The position numbers and the translations under genes are program-made. Shown piece after piece: positions 23,697 through 38,400 of a DNA stretch of 64,000 nucleotides; position 1 is the stretch's first letter, and each line of letters opens with the position of its first letter. This DNA is from the human T2T-CHM13v2.0 reference genome, Homo sapiens. The notes beneath the pieces are model-generated. The model was not told the DNA's origin. It made no database searches and worked only from the letters and a program-made list of their open reading frames with translations. Location of the stretch: assembly GCF_009914755.1 (NCBI RefSeq), contig NC_060928.1; one strand, 5' to 3'.

Positions 23697-26600
23697 CATT
23701 CTCAGAAACTTATTTGTGATGTGTGTCCTCAACTAACAGAGTTGAACCTTTGTTTTGATACAGCATTTTGGAAACACTCCTTTTGTAGAATCTGCAGGTG
23801 GATATTTGGATAACTTTGAAGATTTCGTTGGAAACCGGAATATCTTCATATAAAATCAAGACAGAAGCATTCTCGGAAACATCTCTGTGATGTTTGCATT
23901 CAACTCAGTAGAGTTGAACACTTCCTTTCATAGAGCCGGTTTGAAACACTCTTTCTGCACTACCTGGAAGCGGACATTTCGAGCGCTTTGAGGCCTATGG
24001 TGAAAAAGGAAATATCTTCTCATAAAAACCAGAAAGAAGCATTCTCAGAAACTTCTTTGTGTTGTGTGTACTCAAGTAACAGTGTTGAACCTTCCTTTTG
24101 ACACAGCAGTTTTGAAACACTCTTTTGGTAGAATCTGCAAGTGGATATTTGGATAGCTTTGAGGATTTCGTTGGAAACGGGTTATCTTCATATAAAATCC
24201 AGACAGGAGCATTCTCAGAAACTTCTTTGTGCTGCATGTCCTCAATTCACAGAGCTGAACCTTTGTTTGGATACAGCATTTTGGAAACATTCCTTTAGTA
24301 GAATCTGCAAGTTGATATTTAGATAGCTTTGAAGATTTCGTTGGAAACGGGAATATCTTCATAGAAAATCTAGACGGAAGCATTCTCAGAAACTGCTTTG
24401 TGATGTTTGCATTCAAGTCACAGAGTTGAATATTCCCTTTTATAGAGTAGGTTTGAAACACTCTTTCGGCACTACCTGGAAGTGGATATTTCGAGCTCTT
24501 TGAGGCCTATGGTTAAAAGGAAATATCTTCCCATAAAAACTAGACAGAAGCCGTCTCAGAAACTTGTTTGTGATGTGTGTATTCAACTACCAGAGTTGAA
24601 CATTTCTGTTACAGAGCAATTTTAAAACACTCTTTTTGTGGAATCTGAAAGTGGATAATTGGATAGCTTTGTGGATTTCGTTGGAAACGGGATGACGTAT
24701 AAAATCTAGAGAGAAGCATTCTCAGGAACTTCTTTCTGATGTTTGCATTCAAGTCACAGAATTGAACATTCCTTTTCATAGTGCAGGTTTGAAACACTCT
24801 TTCTGTAGTATCTGGAAGTGGACATTTCAAGCGCTTTCAGGCCTACGGGGAGAAAGGAAATATCTTCAAATAAAAACTAGACAGAAGGATTCTCAGAAAC
24901 TTATTTGTGATGTGTGTCCTAAACGAACACAGTTGAACCTTTGTTTAGATACAGCATTTTGGAAACACTCCTTTTGTAGGATCTGCAGGTGGATATTTGG
25001 ATAGATTTTAAGATTTCGTTGGAAACGGGAGTTTCTTCATAGAAACTCAAGACAGATGCATTCTCAGAAACATCTCTGTGATGTTTGCATTCCACTCATA
25101 GAGTTGAAAACTTCCTTTCATAGAGCAGGTTTGAAACACTCTTTTTGTAATATTTGGAAGTGGACATTTGCAGCGCTTTGAGGCCTATGGTGAAAAAGGA
25201 AATATCTTCTCATAAAAACCAGAAACAAGCATTCTCAGAAACTTCTTTTTGATGTGTGTACTCAAGTAACAGAGTTGAACCTTCCTTTTGACACAGCAGT
25301 TTTGAAACAATCTTTTTGTAGAATCTGCAAGTGGATATTTGGATAGCTTTGAGGATTTCGTTGGAAACGGGATATCTTCATATAAAATCTAGACAGAAGC
25401 ATTCTCAGAAACTTCTTTGTGCTGTATGTCCTCAATTAACAGAGTTGAACCATTGCTTGGATACAGCATTTTGGAAACATTCCTTTAGTAGAATCTGCAA
25501 GTTGATATTGAGATAGATTTGAAGATTTCGTTAGAAAAGGGAATATCTCCATATAAAATCTAGACGGAAGCATTCTCAGAAACTGCTTTGTGATGTTTCC
25601 ATTCAAGTCACAGAGTTGAATATTCCCTTTTATAGAGCACGTTTGAAACACTCTTTCTGCACTATCTGGAAGTGGACATTTCGAGCGCTTTGAGGCCTAT
25701 GGTGAAAAAGGAAATATCTTCCCATAAAAATTAGACAGAAGCATTCTCAGAAACTTGTTTGTGATGTGTGTATTCAACTAACAGAGTTGAACTTTTGTTT
25801 TTACAGAGCCGTTTTAAAACACTCTTTTTGTGGAATCAGAAAGTGGATATTCGGATGGCTCTGAGGATTTCGTTGGAAGCGGGATTACATATAAAATCTA
25901 GAGAGAAGCATTCTCAGGAACTTCTTTGTGATGTTTGCATTGAAGTCACAGAATTGAACATTCACTTTGATAGAGCAGGTTTGAAACACTCATTCTGTAG
26001 TATCTGGAAGTGGACATTTCAAGCGCTTTCAGGCCTATGGTGAAAAAGGAAATATCTTCGAATAAAAACTAGACAGAAGCATCCTCAGAAACTTATTTGT
26101 GATGTGTGTCCTCAACTAACAGAGTTGAAACTTTGTTTTGATACAGCATTTTGGAAACACTCCTTTTGTAGAATCTGCAGGTGGATATGTGGATAGCTCT
26201 GACGATTTCGTTGGAAACGGGAATTTCTTCATATAAAATCAAACAGAAGCATTCTCAGAAACTTCTCAGTGATGTTTGCATTCAGCTCATGGAGTTGAAC
26301 ACTTCCTTTCATAGAGCCGGTTTGAAACACTCTTTCTGCACTACCTGGAAGAGGCCATTTCGAGCGCTTTGAGTCCTATGGTGAAAAAGGAAATATCTTC
26401 TCATAAAAACCAGAAAGAAGCATTCTCAGAAACTTCTTTGTGTTGTGTGTACTCATGTAACAGTGTTGAACCATCCTTTTGACAGAGCAGTTTTGAAACA
26501 CTCTTTTTGTAGAATCTGCAAGTGGATATTTGGATAGCTTTGAGGATTTCGTTGGAAACGGGATGACATATAATATCTAGAGAGAAGCATTCTCAGGAAC

Positions 26601-27945
26601 TTCTTTGTGCTGTTTGCATTCAAGTCACAGAATTGAACATTCCCTTTCATAGAGCAGATTTGAAACACTCTTTCTCTAGTATCTGGAAGTGGGCATTTCA
26701 AGCGCTTTCAGGCCTATTGAGAGAAAGGAAATACCTTCAAATAAAAACTAGACAGAAGCATTCTCAGAAACTTGTTTGTGATGTGTGTATTCAACTAACA
26801 GAGTTGAACTTTTGTTTTTACAGAGCCGTTTTAAAACACTCTTTTTGTGGAATCAGAAAGTGGATATTCGGATGGCTCTGAGGATTTCGTTGGAAGCGGG
26901 ATTACATATAAAATCTAGAGAGAAGCATTCTCAGGAACTTCTTTGTGATGTTTGCATTGAAGTCACAGAATTGAACATTCACTTTGATAGAGCAGGTTTG
27001 AAACACTCATTCTGTAGTATCTGGAAGTGGACATTTCAAGCGCTTTCAGGCCTATGGTGAGAAAGGAAATATCTTCGAATAAAAATTAGACAGAAGCATC
27101 CTCAGAAACTTATTTGTGATGTGTGTCCTCAACTAACAGAGTTGAAACTTTGTTTTGATACAGCATTTTGGAAACACTCTTTTTGTAGAATCTGCAGGTG
27201 GATATTTGGATAGCTTAGAGGGATTCGTTGGAAAGGGGATATCTTCATATAAAATCTAGACAGAAGCATTCTCAGAAACTTATTTGTGATGTGTGTCCTC
27301 AACTAACAGAGTTGAACCTTGGTTTTGATACAGCATTTTGGAAACGCTCCTTTTGTAGAATCTGCAGGTGGATATGTGGATAGCTCTGAAGATTTCGTTG
27401 GAAACGGGAATTTCTTCATATAAAATCAAACAGAAGCATTCTCAGAAACTTCTCAGTGATGTTTTCATTCAGCTCATGGAGTTGAACACTTCCTTTCATA
27501 GAGCCGGTTTGAAACACTCTTTCTGCACTACCTGGAAGAGGCCATTTCGAGCGCTTTGAGTCCTATGGTGAAAAAGGAAATATCTTCTCATAAAAACCAG
27601 AAAGAAGCATTCTCAGAAACTTCTTTGTGTTGTGTGTACTCATGTAACAGTGTTGAACCATCCTTTTGACAGAGCAGTTTTGAAACACTCTTTTTGTAGA
27701 ATCTGCAAGTGGATATTTGGATAGCTTTGAGGATTTCGTTGGAAACGGGATGACATATAATATCTAGAGAGAAGCATACTCAGGAACTTCTTTGTGATGT
27801 TTGCATTCAAGTCACAGAATTGAACATTCCCTTTCATAGAGCAGGTTTGAAACACTCTTTCTCTAGTATCTGGAAGTGGGCATTTCAAGCGCTTTCAGGC
27901 CTATGGAGAGAAAGGAAATACCTTCAAATAAAAACTAGACAGAAG
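23697..27945 (+). repeat. HOR unit 7, 25-mer
   Basis: Spacing 23995->28244 = 4249. Cassette at 25742-26758. Confidence 0.93.
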
Positions 27946-30900
27946 CATTCTCAGAAACTTATTTGTGATGTGTGTCCTCAACTAACAGAGTTGAACCTTT
28001 GTTTTGATACAGCATTTTGGAAACACTCCTTTTGTAGAATCTGCAGGTGGATATTTGGATAACTTTGAAGATTTCGTTGGAAACCGGAATATCTTCATAT
28101 AAAATCAAGACAGAAGCATTCTCGGAAACATCTCTGTGATGTTTGCATTCAACTCAGTAGAGTTGAACACTTCCTTTCATAGAGCAGGTTTGAAACACTC
28201 TTTCTGCACTACCTGGAAGCGGACATTTCGAGCGCTTTGAGGCCTATGGTGAAAAAGGAAATATCTTCTCATAAAAACCAGAAAGAAGCATTCTCAGAAA
28301 CTTCTTTGTGTTGTGTGTACTCAAGTAACAGTGTTGAACCTTCCTTTTGACACAGCAGTTTTGAAACACTCTTTTGGTAGAATCTGCAAGTGGATATTTG
28401 GATAGCTTTGAGGATTTCGTTGGAAACGGGTTATCTTCATATAAAATCCAGACAGGAGCATTCTCAGAAACTTCTTTGTGCTGCATGTCCTCAATTCACA
28501 GAGCTGAACCTTTGTTTGGATACAGCATTTTGGAAACATTCCTTTAGTAGAATCTGCAAGTTGATATTTAGATAGCTTTGAAGATTTCGTTGGAAACGGG
28601 AATATCTTCATAGAAAATCTAGACGGAAGCATTCTCAGAAACTGCTTTGTGATGTTTGCATTCAAGTCACAGAGTTGAATATTCCCTTTTATAGAGTAGG
28701 TTTGAAACACTCTTTCGGCACTACCTGGAAGTGGATATTTCGAGCTCTTTGAGGCCTATGGTTAAAAGGAAATATCTTCCCATAAAAACTAGACAGAAGC
28801 CGTCTCAGAAACTTGTTTGTGATGTGTGTATTCAACTACCAGAGTTGAACATTTCTGTTACAGAGCAATTTTAAAACACTCTTTTTATGGAATCTGAAAG
28901 TGGATAATTGGATAGCTTTGTGGATTTCGTTGGAAACGGGATGACGTATAAAATCTAGAGAGAAGCATTCTCAGGAACTTCTTTCTGATGTTTGCATTCA
29001 AGTCACAGAATTGAACATTCCTTTTCATAGTGCAGGTTTGAAACACTCTTTCTGTAGTATCTGGAAGTGGACATTTCAAGCGCTTTCAGGCCTACGGGGA
29101 GAAAGGAAATATCTTCAAATAAAAACTAGACAGAAGGATTCTCAGAAACTTATTTGTGATGTGTGTCCTAAACGAACACAGTTGAACCTTTGTTTTGATA
29201 CAGCATTTTGGAAACACTCCTTTTGTAGGATCTGCAGGTGGATATTTGGATAGATTTTAAGATTTCGTTGGAAACGGGAGTTTCTTCATAGAAACTCAAG
29301 ACAGATGCATTCTCAGAAACATCTCTGTGATGTTTGCATTCCACTCATAGAGTTGAAAACTTCCTTTCATAGAGCAGGTTTGAAACACTCTTTTTGTAAT
29401 ATTTGGAAGTGGACATTTGCAGCGCTTTGAGGCCTATGGTGAAAAAGGAAATATCTTCTCATAAAAACCAGAAACAAGCATTCTCAGAAACTTCTTTTTG
29501 ATGTGTGTACTCAAGTAACAGAGTTGAACCTTCCTTTTGACACAGCAGTTTTGAAACAATCTTTTTGTAGAATCTGCAAGTGGATATTTGGATAGCTTTG
29601 AGGATTTCGTTGGAAACGGGATATCTTCATATAAAATCTAGACAGAAGCATTCTCAGAAACTTCTTTGTGCTGTATGTCCTCAATTAACAGAGTTGAACC
29701 ATTGCTTGGATACAGCATTTTGGAAACATTCCTTGAGTAGAATCTGCAAGTTGATATTTAGATAGATTTGAAGATTTCGTTGGAAAAGGGAATATCTCCA
29801 TATAAAATCTAGAGGGAAGCATTCTCAGAAACTGCTTTGTGATGTTTCCATTCAAGTCACAGAGTTGAATATTCCCTTTTATAGAGCACGTTTGAAACAC
29901 TCTTTCTGCACTATCTGGAAGTGGACATTTCGAGCGCTTTGAGGCCTATGGTGAAAAAGGAAATATCTTCCCATAAAAACTAGACAGAAGCATTCTCAGA
30001 AACTTGTTTGTGATGTGTGTATTCAACTAACAGAGTTGAACTTTTGTTTTTACAGAGCCGTTTTAAAACACTCTTTTTGTGGAATCAGAAAGTGGATATT
30101 CGGATGGCTCTGAGGATTTCGTTGGAAGCGGGATTACATATAAAATCTAGAGAGAAGCATTCTCAGGAACTTCTTTGTGATGTTTGCATTGAAGTCACAG
30201 AATTGAACATTCACTTTGATAGAGCAGGTTTGAAACACTCATTCTGTAGTATCTGGAAGTGGACATTTCAAGCGCTTTCAGGCCTATGGTGAGAAAGGAA
30301 ATATCTTCGAATAAAAACTAGACAGAAGCATCCTCAGAAACTTATTTGTGATGTGTGTCCTCAACTAACAGAGTTGAAACTTTGTTTTGATACAGCATTT
30401 TGGAAACACTCTTTTTGTAGAATCTGCAGGTGGATATTTGGATAGCTTAGAGGGATTCGTTGGAAAGGGGATATCTTCATATAAAATCTAGACAGAAGCA
30501 TTCTCAGAAACTTATTTGTGATGTGTGTCCTCAACTAACAGAGTTGAACCTTGGTTTTGATACAGCATTTTGGAAACACTCCTTTTGTAGAATCTGCAGG
30601 TGGATATGTGGATAGCTCTGAAGATTTCGTTGGAAACGGGAATTTCTTCATATAAAATCAAACAGAAGCATTCTCAGAAACTTCTCAGTGATGTTTGCAT
30701 TCAGCTCATGGAGTTGAACACTTCCTTTCATAGAGCCGGTTTGAAACACTCTTTCTGCACTACCTGGAAGAGGCCATTTCGAGCGCTTTGAGTCCTATGG
30801 TGAAAAAGGAAATATCTTCTCATAAAAACCAGAAAGAAGCATTCTCAGAAACTTCTTTGTGTTGTGTGTACTCATGTAACAGTGTTGAACCATCCTTTTG

Positions 30901-31177
30901 ACAGAGCAGTTTTGAAACACTCTTTTTGTAGAATCTGCAAGTGGATATTTGGATAGCTTTGAGGATTTCGTTGGAAACGGGATGACATATAATATGTAGA
31001 GAGAAGCATTCTCGGGAACTTCTTTGTGATGTTTGCATTCAAGTCACAGAATTGAACATTCCCTTTCATAGAGCAGGTTTGAAACACTCTTTCTCTAGTA
31101 TCTGGAAGTGGGCATTTCAAGCGCTTTCAGGCCTATGGAGAGAAAGGAAATACCTTCAAATAAAAACTAGACAGAAG
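27946..31177 (+). repeat. HOR unit 8, 19-mer
   Basis: Spacing 28244->31476 = 3232. Confidence 0.93.
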
Positions 31178-34100
31178 CATTCTCAGAAACTTATTTGTGA
31201 TGTGTGTCCTCAACTAACAGAGTTGAACCTTTGTTTTGATACAGCATTTTGGAAACACTCCTTTTGTAGAATCTGCAGGTGGATATTTGGATAACTTTGA
31301 AGATTTCGTTGGAAACCGGAATATCTTCATATAAAATCAAGACAGAAGCATTCTCGGAAACATCTCTGTGATGTTTGCATTCAACTCAGTAGAGTTGAAC
31401 ACTTCCTTTCATAGAGCCGGTTTGAAACACTCTTTCTGCACTACCTGGAAGCGGACATTTCGAGCGCTTTGAGGCCTATGGTGAAAAAGGAAATATCTTC
31501 TCATAAAAACCAGAAAGAAGCATTCTCAGAAACTTCTTTGTGTTGTGTGTACTCAAGTAACAGTGTTGAACCTTCCTTTTGACACAGCAGTTTTGAAACA
31601 CTCTTTTGGTAGAATCTGCAAGTGGATATTTGGATAGCTTTGAGGATTTCGTTGGAAACGGGTTATCTTCATATAAAATCCAGACAGGAGCATTCTCAGA
31701 AACTTCTTTGTGCTGCATGTCCTCAATTCACAGAGCTGAACCTTTGTTTGGATACAGCATTTTGGAAACATTCCTTTAGTAGAATCTGCAAGTTGATATT
31801 TAGATAGCTTTGAAGATTTCGTTGGAAACGGGAATATCTTCATAGAAAATCTAGACGGAAGCATTCTCAGAAACTGCTTTGTGATGTTTGCATTCAAGTC
31901 ACAGAGTTGAATATTCCCTTTTATAGAGTAGGTTTGAAACACTCTTTCGGCACTACCTGGAAGTGGATATTTCGAGCTCTTTGAGGCCTATGGTTAAAAG
32001 GAAATATCTTCCCATAAAAACTAGACAGAAGCCGTCTCAGAAACTTGTTTGTGATGTGTGTATTCAACTACCAGAGTTGAACATTTCTGTTACAGAGCAA
32101 TTTTAAAACACTCTTTTTGTGGAATCTGAAAGTGGATAATTGGATAGCTTTGTGGATTTCGTTGGAAACGGGATGACGTATAAAATCTAGAGAGAAGCAT
32201 TCTCAGGAACTTCTTTGTGATGTTTGCATTCAAGTCACAGAATTGAACATTCCTTTTCATAGTGCAGGTTTGAAACACTCTTTCTGTAGTATCTGGAAGT
32301 GGACATTTCAAGCGCTTTCAGGCCTACGGGGAGAAAGGAAATATCTTCAAATAAAAACTAGACAGAAGGATTCTCAGAAACTTATTTGTGATGTGTGTCC
32401 TAAACGAACACAGTTGAACCTTTGTTTAGATACAGCATTTTGGAAACACTCCTTTTGTAGGATCTGCAGGTGGATATTTGGATAGATTTTAAGATTTCGT
32501 TGGAAACGGGAGTTTCTTCATAGAAACTCAAGACAGATGCATTCTCAGAAACATCTCTGTGATGTTTGCATTCCACTCATAGAGTTGAAAACTTCCTTTC
32601 ATAGAGCAGGTTTGAAACACTCTTTTTGTAATATTTGGAAGTGGACATTTGCAGCGCTTTGAGGCCTATGGTGAAAAAGGAAATATCTTCTCATAAAAAC
32701 CAGAAACAAGCATTCTCAGAAACTTCTTTTTGATGTGTGTACTCAAGTAACAGAGTTGAACCTTCCTTTTGACACAGCAGTTTTGAAACAATCTTTTTGT
32801 AGAATCTGCAAGTGGATATTTGGATAGCTTTGAGGATTTCGTTGGAAACGGGATATCTTCATATAAAATCTAGACAGAAGCATTCTCAGAAACTTCTTTG
32901 TGCTGTATGTCCTCAATTAACAGAGTTGAACCATTGCTTGGATACAGCATTTTGGAAACATTCCTTGAGTAGAATCTGCAAGTTGATATTGAGATAGATT
33001 TGAAGATTTCGTTGGAAAAGGGAATATCTCCATATAAAATCTAGACGGAAGCATTCTCAGAAACTGCTTTGTGATGTTTCCATTCAAGTCACAGAGTTGA
33101 ATATTCCCTTTTATAGAGCACGTTTGAAACACTCTCTCTGCACTATCTGGAAGTGGACATTTCGAGCGCTTTGAGGCCTATGGTGAAAAAGGAAATATCT
33201 TCCCATAAAAAGTAGACAGAAGCATTCTCAGAAACTTGTTTGTGATGTGTGTATTCAACTAACAGAGTTGAACTTTTGTTTTTACAGAGCCGTTTTAAAA
33301 CACTCTTTTTGTGGAATCAGAAAGTGGATATTCGGATGGCTCTGAGGATTTCGTTGGAAGCGGGATTACATATAAAATCTAGAGAGAAGCATTCTCAGGA
33401 ACTTCTTTGTGATGTTTGCATTGAAGTCACAGAATTGAACATTCACTTTGATAGAGCAGGTTTGAAACACTCATTCTGTAGTATCTGGAAGTGGACATTT
33501 CAAGCGCTTTCAGGCCTATGGTGAAAAAGGAAATATCTTCGAATAAAAACTAGACAGAAGCATCCTCAGAAACTTATTTGTGATGTGTGTCCTCAACTAA
33601 CAGAGTTGAAACTTTGTTTTGATACAGCATTTTGGAAACACTCCTTTTGTAGAATCTGCAGGTGGATATGTGGATAGCTCTGACGATTTCGTTGGAAACG
33701 GGAATTTCTTCATATAAAATCAAACAGAAGCATTCTCAGAAACTTCTCAGTGATGTTTGCATTCAGCTCATGGAGTTGAACACTTCCTTTCATAGAGCCG
33801 GTTTGAAACACTCTTTCTGCACTACCTGGAAGAGGCCATTTCGAGCGCTTTGAGTCCTATGGTGAAAAAGGAAATATCTTCTCATAAAAACCAGAAAGAA
33901 GCATTCTCAGAAACTTCTTTGTGTTGTGTGTACTCATGTAACAGTGTTGAACCATCCTTTTGACAGAGCAGTTTTGAAACACTCTTTTTGTAGAATCTGC
34001 AAGTGGATATTTGGATAGCTTTGAGGATTTCGTTGGAAACGGGATGACATATAATATCTAGAGAGAAGCATTCTCAGGAACTTCTTTGTGCTGTTTGCAT

Positions 34101-35426
34101 TCAAGTCACAGAATTGAACATTCCCTTTCATAGAGCAGATTTGAAACACTCTTTCTCTAGTATCTGGAAGTGGGCATTTCAAGCGCTTTCAGGCCTATTG
34201 AGAGAAAGGAAATACCTTCAAATAAAAACTAGACAGAAGCATTCTCAGAAACTTGTTTGTGATGTGTGTATTCAACTAACAGAGTTGAACTTTTGTTTTT
34301 ACAGAGCCGTTTTAAAACACTCTTTTTGTGGAATCAGAAAGTGGATATTCGGATGGCTCTGAGGATTTCGTTGGAAGCGGGATTACATATAAAATCTAGA
34401 GAGAAGCATTCTCAGGAACTTCTTTGTGATGTTTGCATTGAAGTCACAGAATTGAACATTCACTTTGATAGAGCAGGTTTGAAACACTCATTCTGTAGTA
34501 TCTGGAAGTGGACATTTCAAGCGCTTTCAGGCCTATGGTGAGAAAGGAAATATCTTCGAATAAAAACTAGACAGAAGCATCCTCAGAAACTTATTTGTGA
34601 TGTGTGTCCTCAACTAACAGAGTTGAAACTTTGTTTTGATACAGCATTTTGGAAACACTCTTTTTGTAGAATCTGCAGGTGGATATTTGGATAGCTTAGA
34701 GGGATTCGTTGGAAAGGGGATATCTTCATATAAAATCTAGACAGAAGCATTCTCAGAAACTTATTTGTGATGTGTGTCCTCAACTAACAGAGTTGAACCT
34801 TGGTTTTGATACAGCATTTTGGAAACACTCCTTTTGTAGAATCTGCAGGTGGATATGTGGATAGCTCTGAAGATTTCGTTGGAAACGGGAATTTCTTCAT
34901 ATAAAATCAAACAGAAGCATTCTCAGAAACTTCTCAGTGATGTTTGCATTCAGCTCATGGAGTTGAACACTTCCTTTCATAGAGCCGGTTTGAAACACTC
35001 TTTCTGCACTACCTGGAAGAGGCCATTTCGAGCGCTTTGAGTCCTATGGTGAAAAAGGAAATATCTTCTCATAAAAACCAGAAAGAAGCATTCTCAGAAA
35101 CTTCTTTGTGTTGTGTGTACTCATGTAACAGTGTTGAACCATCCTTTTGACAGAGCAGTTTTGAAACACTCTTTTTGTAGAATCTGCAAGTGGATATTTG
35201 GATAGCTTTGAGGATTTCGTTGGAAACGGGATGACATATAATATCTAGAGAGAAGCATACTCAGGAACTTCTTTGTGATGTTTGCATTCAAGTCACAGAA
35301 TTGAACATTCCCTTTCATAGAGCAGGTTTGAAACACTCTTTCTCTAGTATCTGGAAGTGGGCATTTCAAGCGCTTTCAGGCCTATGGAGAGAAAGGAAAT
35401 ACCTTCAAATAAAAACTAGACAGAAG
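31178..35426 (+). repeat. HOR unit 9, 25-mer
   Basis: Spacing 31476->35725 = 4249. Cassette at 33223-34239. Confidence 0.93.
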
Positions 35427-38400
35427 CATTCTCAGAAACTTATTTGTGATGTGTGTCCTCAACTAACAGAGTTGAACCTTTGTTTTGATACAGCATTTTG
35501 GAAACACTCCTTTTGTAGAATCTGCAGGTGGATATTTGGATAACTTTGAAGATTTCGTTGGAAACCGGAATATCTTCATATAAAATCAAGACAGAAGCAT
35601 TCTCGGAAACATCTCTGTGATGTTTGCATTCAACTCAGTAGAGTTGAACACTTCCTTTCATAGAGCCGGTTTGAAACACTCTTTCTGCACTACCTGGAAG
35701 CGGACATTTCGAGCGCTTTGAGGCCTATGGTGAAAAAGGAAATATCTTCTCATAAAAACCAGAAAGAAGCATTCTCAGAAACTTCTTTGTGTTGTGTGTA
35801 CTCAAGTAACAGTGTTGAACCATCCTTTTGACACAGCAGTTTTGAAACACTCTTTTGGTAGAATCTGCAAGTGGATATTTGGATAGCTTTGAGGATTTCG
35901 TTGGAAACGGGTTATCTTCATATAAAATCCAGACAGGAGCATTCTCAGAAACTTCTTTGTGCTGCATGTCCTCAATTCACAGAGCTGAACCTTTGTTTGG
36001 ATACAGCATTTTGGAAACATTCCTTTAGTAGAATCTGCAAGTTGATATTTAGATAGCTTTGAAGATTTCGTTGGAAACGGGAATATCTTCATAGAAAATC
36101 TAGACGGAAGCATTCTCAGAAACTGCTTTGTGATGTTTGCATTCAAGTCACAGAGTTGAATATTCCCTTTTATACAGTAGGTTTGAAACACTCTTTCGGC
36201 ACTACCTGGAAGTGGATATTTCGAGCTCTTTGAGGCCTATGGTTAAAAGGAAATATCTTCCCATAAAAACTAGACAGAAGCCGTCTCAGAAACTTGTTTG
36301 TGATGTGTGTATTCAACTACCAGAGTTGAACATTTCTGTTACAGAGCAATTTTAAAACACTCTTTTTGTGGAATCTGAAAGTGGATAATTGGATAGCTTT
36401 GTGGATTTCGTTGGAAACGGGATGACGTATAAAATCTAGAGAGAAGCATTCTCAGGAACTTCTTTCTGATGTTTGCATTCAAGTCACAGAATTGAACATT
36501 CCTTTTCATAGTGCAGGTTTGAAACACTCTTTCTGTAGTATCTGGAAGTGGACATTTCAAGCGCTTTCAGGCCTACGGGGAGAAAGGAAATATCTTCAAA
36601 TAAAAACTAGACAGAAGGATTCTCAGAAACTTATTTGTGATGTGTGTCCTAAACGAACACAGTTGAACCTTTGTTTAGATACAGCATTTTGGAAACACTC
36701 CTTTTGTAGGATCTGCAGGTGGATATTTGGATAGATTTTAAGATTTCGTTGGAAACGGGAGTTTCTTCATAGAAACTCAAGACAGATGCATTCTCAGAAA
36801 CATCTCTGTGATGTTTGCATTCCACTCATAGAGTTGAAAACTTCCTTTCATAGAGCAGGTTTGAAACACTCTTTTTGTAATATTTGGAAGTGGACATTTG
36901 CAGCGCTTTGAGGCCTATGGTGAAAAAGGAAATATCTTCTCATAAAAACCAGAAACAAGCATTCTCAGAAACTTCTTTTTGATGTGTGTACTCAAGTAAC
37001 AGAGTTGAACCTTCCTTTTGACACAGCAGTTTTGAAACAATCTTTTTGTAGAATCTGCAAGTGGATATTTGGATAGCTTTGAGGATTTCGTTGGAAACGG
37101 GATATCTTCATATAAAATCTAGACAGAAGCATTCTCAGAAACTTCTTTGTGCTGTATGTCCTCAATTAACAGAGTTGAACCATTGCTTGGATACAGCATT
37201 TTGGAAACATTCCTTGAGTAGAATCTGCAAGTTGATATTTAGATAGATTTGAAGATTTCGTTGGAAAAGGGAATATCTCCATATAAAATCTAGAGGGAAG
37301 CATTCTCAGAAACTGCTTTGTGATGTTTCCATTCAAGTCACAGAGTTGAATATTCCCTTTTATAGAGCACGTTTGAAACACTCTTTCTGCACTATCTGGA
37401 AGTGGACATTTCGAGCGCTTTGAGGCCTATGGTGAAAAAGGAAATATCTTCCCATAAAAACTAGACAGAAGCATTCTCAGAAACTTGTTTGTGATGTGTG
37501 TATTCAACTAACAGAGTTGAACTTTTGTTTTTACAGAGCCGTTTTAAAACACTCTTTTTGTGGAATCAGAAAGTGGATATTCGGATGGCTCTGAGGATTT
37601 CGTTGGAAGCGGGATTACATATAAAATCTAGAGAGAAGCATTCTCAGGAACTTCTTTGTGATGTTTGCATTGAAGTCACAGAATTGAACATTCACTTTGA
37701 TAGAGCAGGTTTGAAACACTCATTCTGTAGTATCTGGAAGTGGACATTTCAAGCGCTTTCAGGCCTATGGTGAGAAAGGAAATATCTTCGAATAAAAACT
37801 AGACAGAAGCATCCTCAGAAACTTATTTGTGATGTGTGTCCTCAACTAACAGAGTTGAAACTTTGTTTTGATACAGCATTTTGGAAACACTCTTTTTGTA
37901 GAATCTGCAGGTGGATATTTGGATAGCTTAGAGGGATTCGTTGGAAAGGGGATATCTTCATATAAAATCTAGACAGAAGCATTCTCAGAAACTTATTTGT
38001 GATGTGTGTCCTCAACTAACAGAGTTGAACCTTGGTTTTGATACAGCATTTTGGAAACACTCCTTTTGTAGAATCTGCAGGTGGATATGTGGATAGCTCT
38101 GAAGATTTCGTTGGAAACGGGAATTTCTTCATATAAAATCAAACAGAAGCATTCTCAGAAACTTCTCAGTGATGTTTGCATTCAGCTCATGGAGTTGAAC
38201 ACTTCCTTTCATAGAGCCGGTTTGAAACACTCTTTCTGCACTACCTGGAAGAGGACATTTCGAGCGCTTTGAGTCCTATGGTGAAAAAGGAAATATCTTC
38301 TCATAAAAACCAGAAAGAAGCATTCTCAGAAACTTCTTTGTGTTGTGTGTACTCATGTAACAGTGTTGAACCATCCTTTTGACAGAGCAGTTTTGAAACA

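Noticed and set aside
25529-25545. Box variant TTCGTTAGAAAAGGG in unit 7 monomer k
   Set aside because: It changes a non-core position of a box that is already broken, so no functional consequence is expected.
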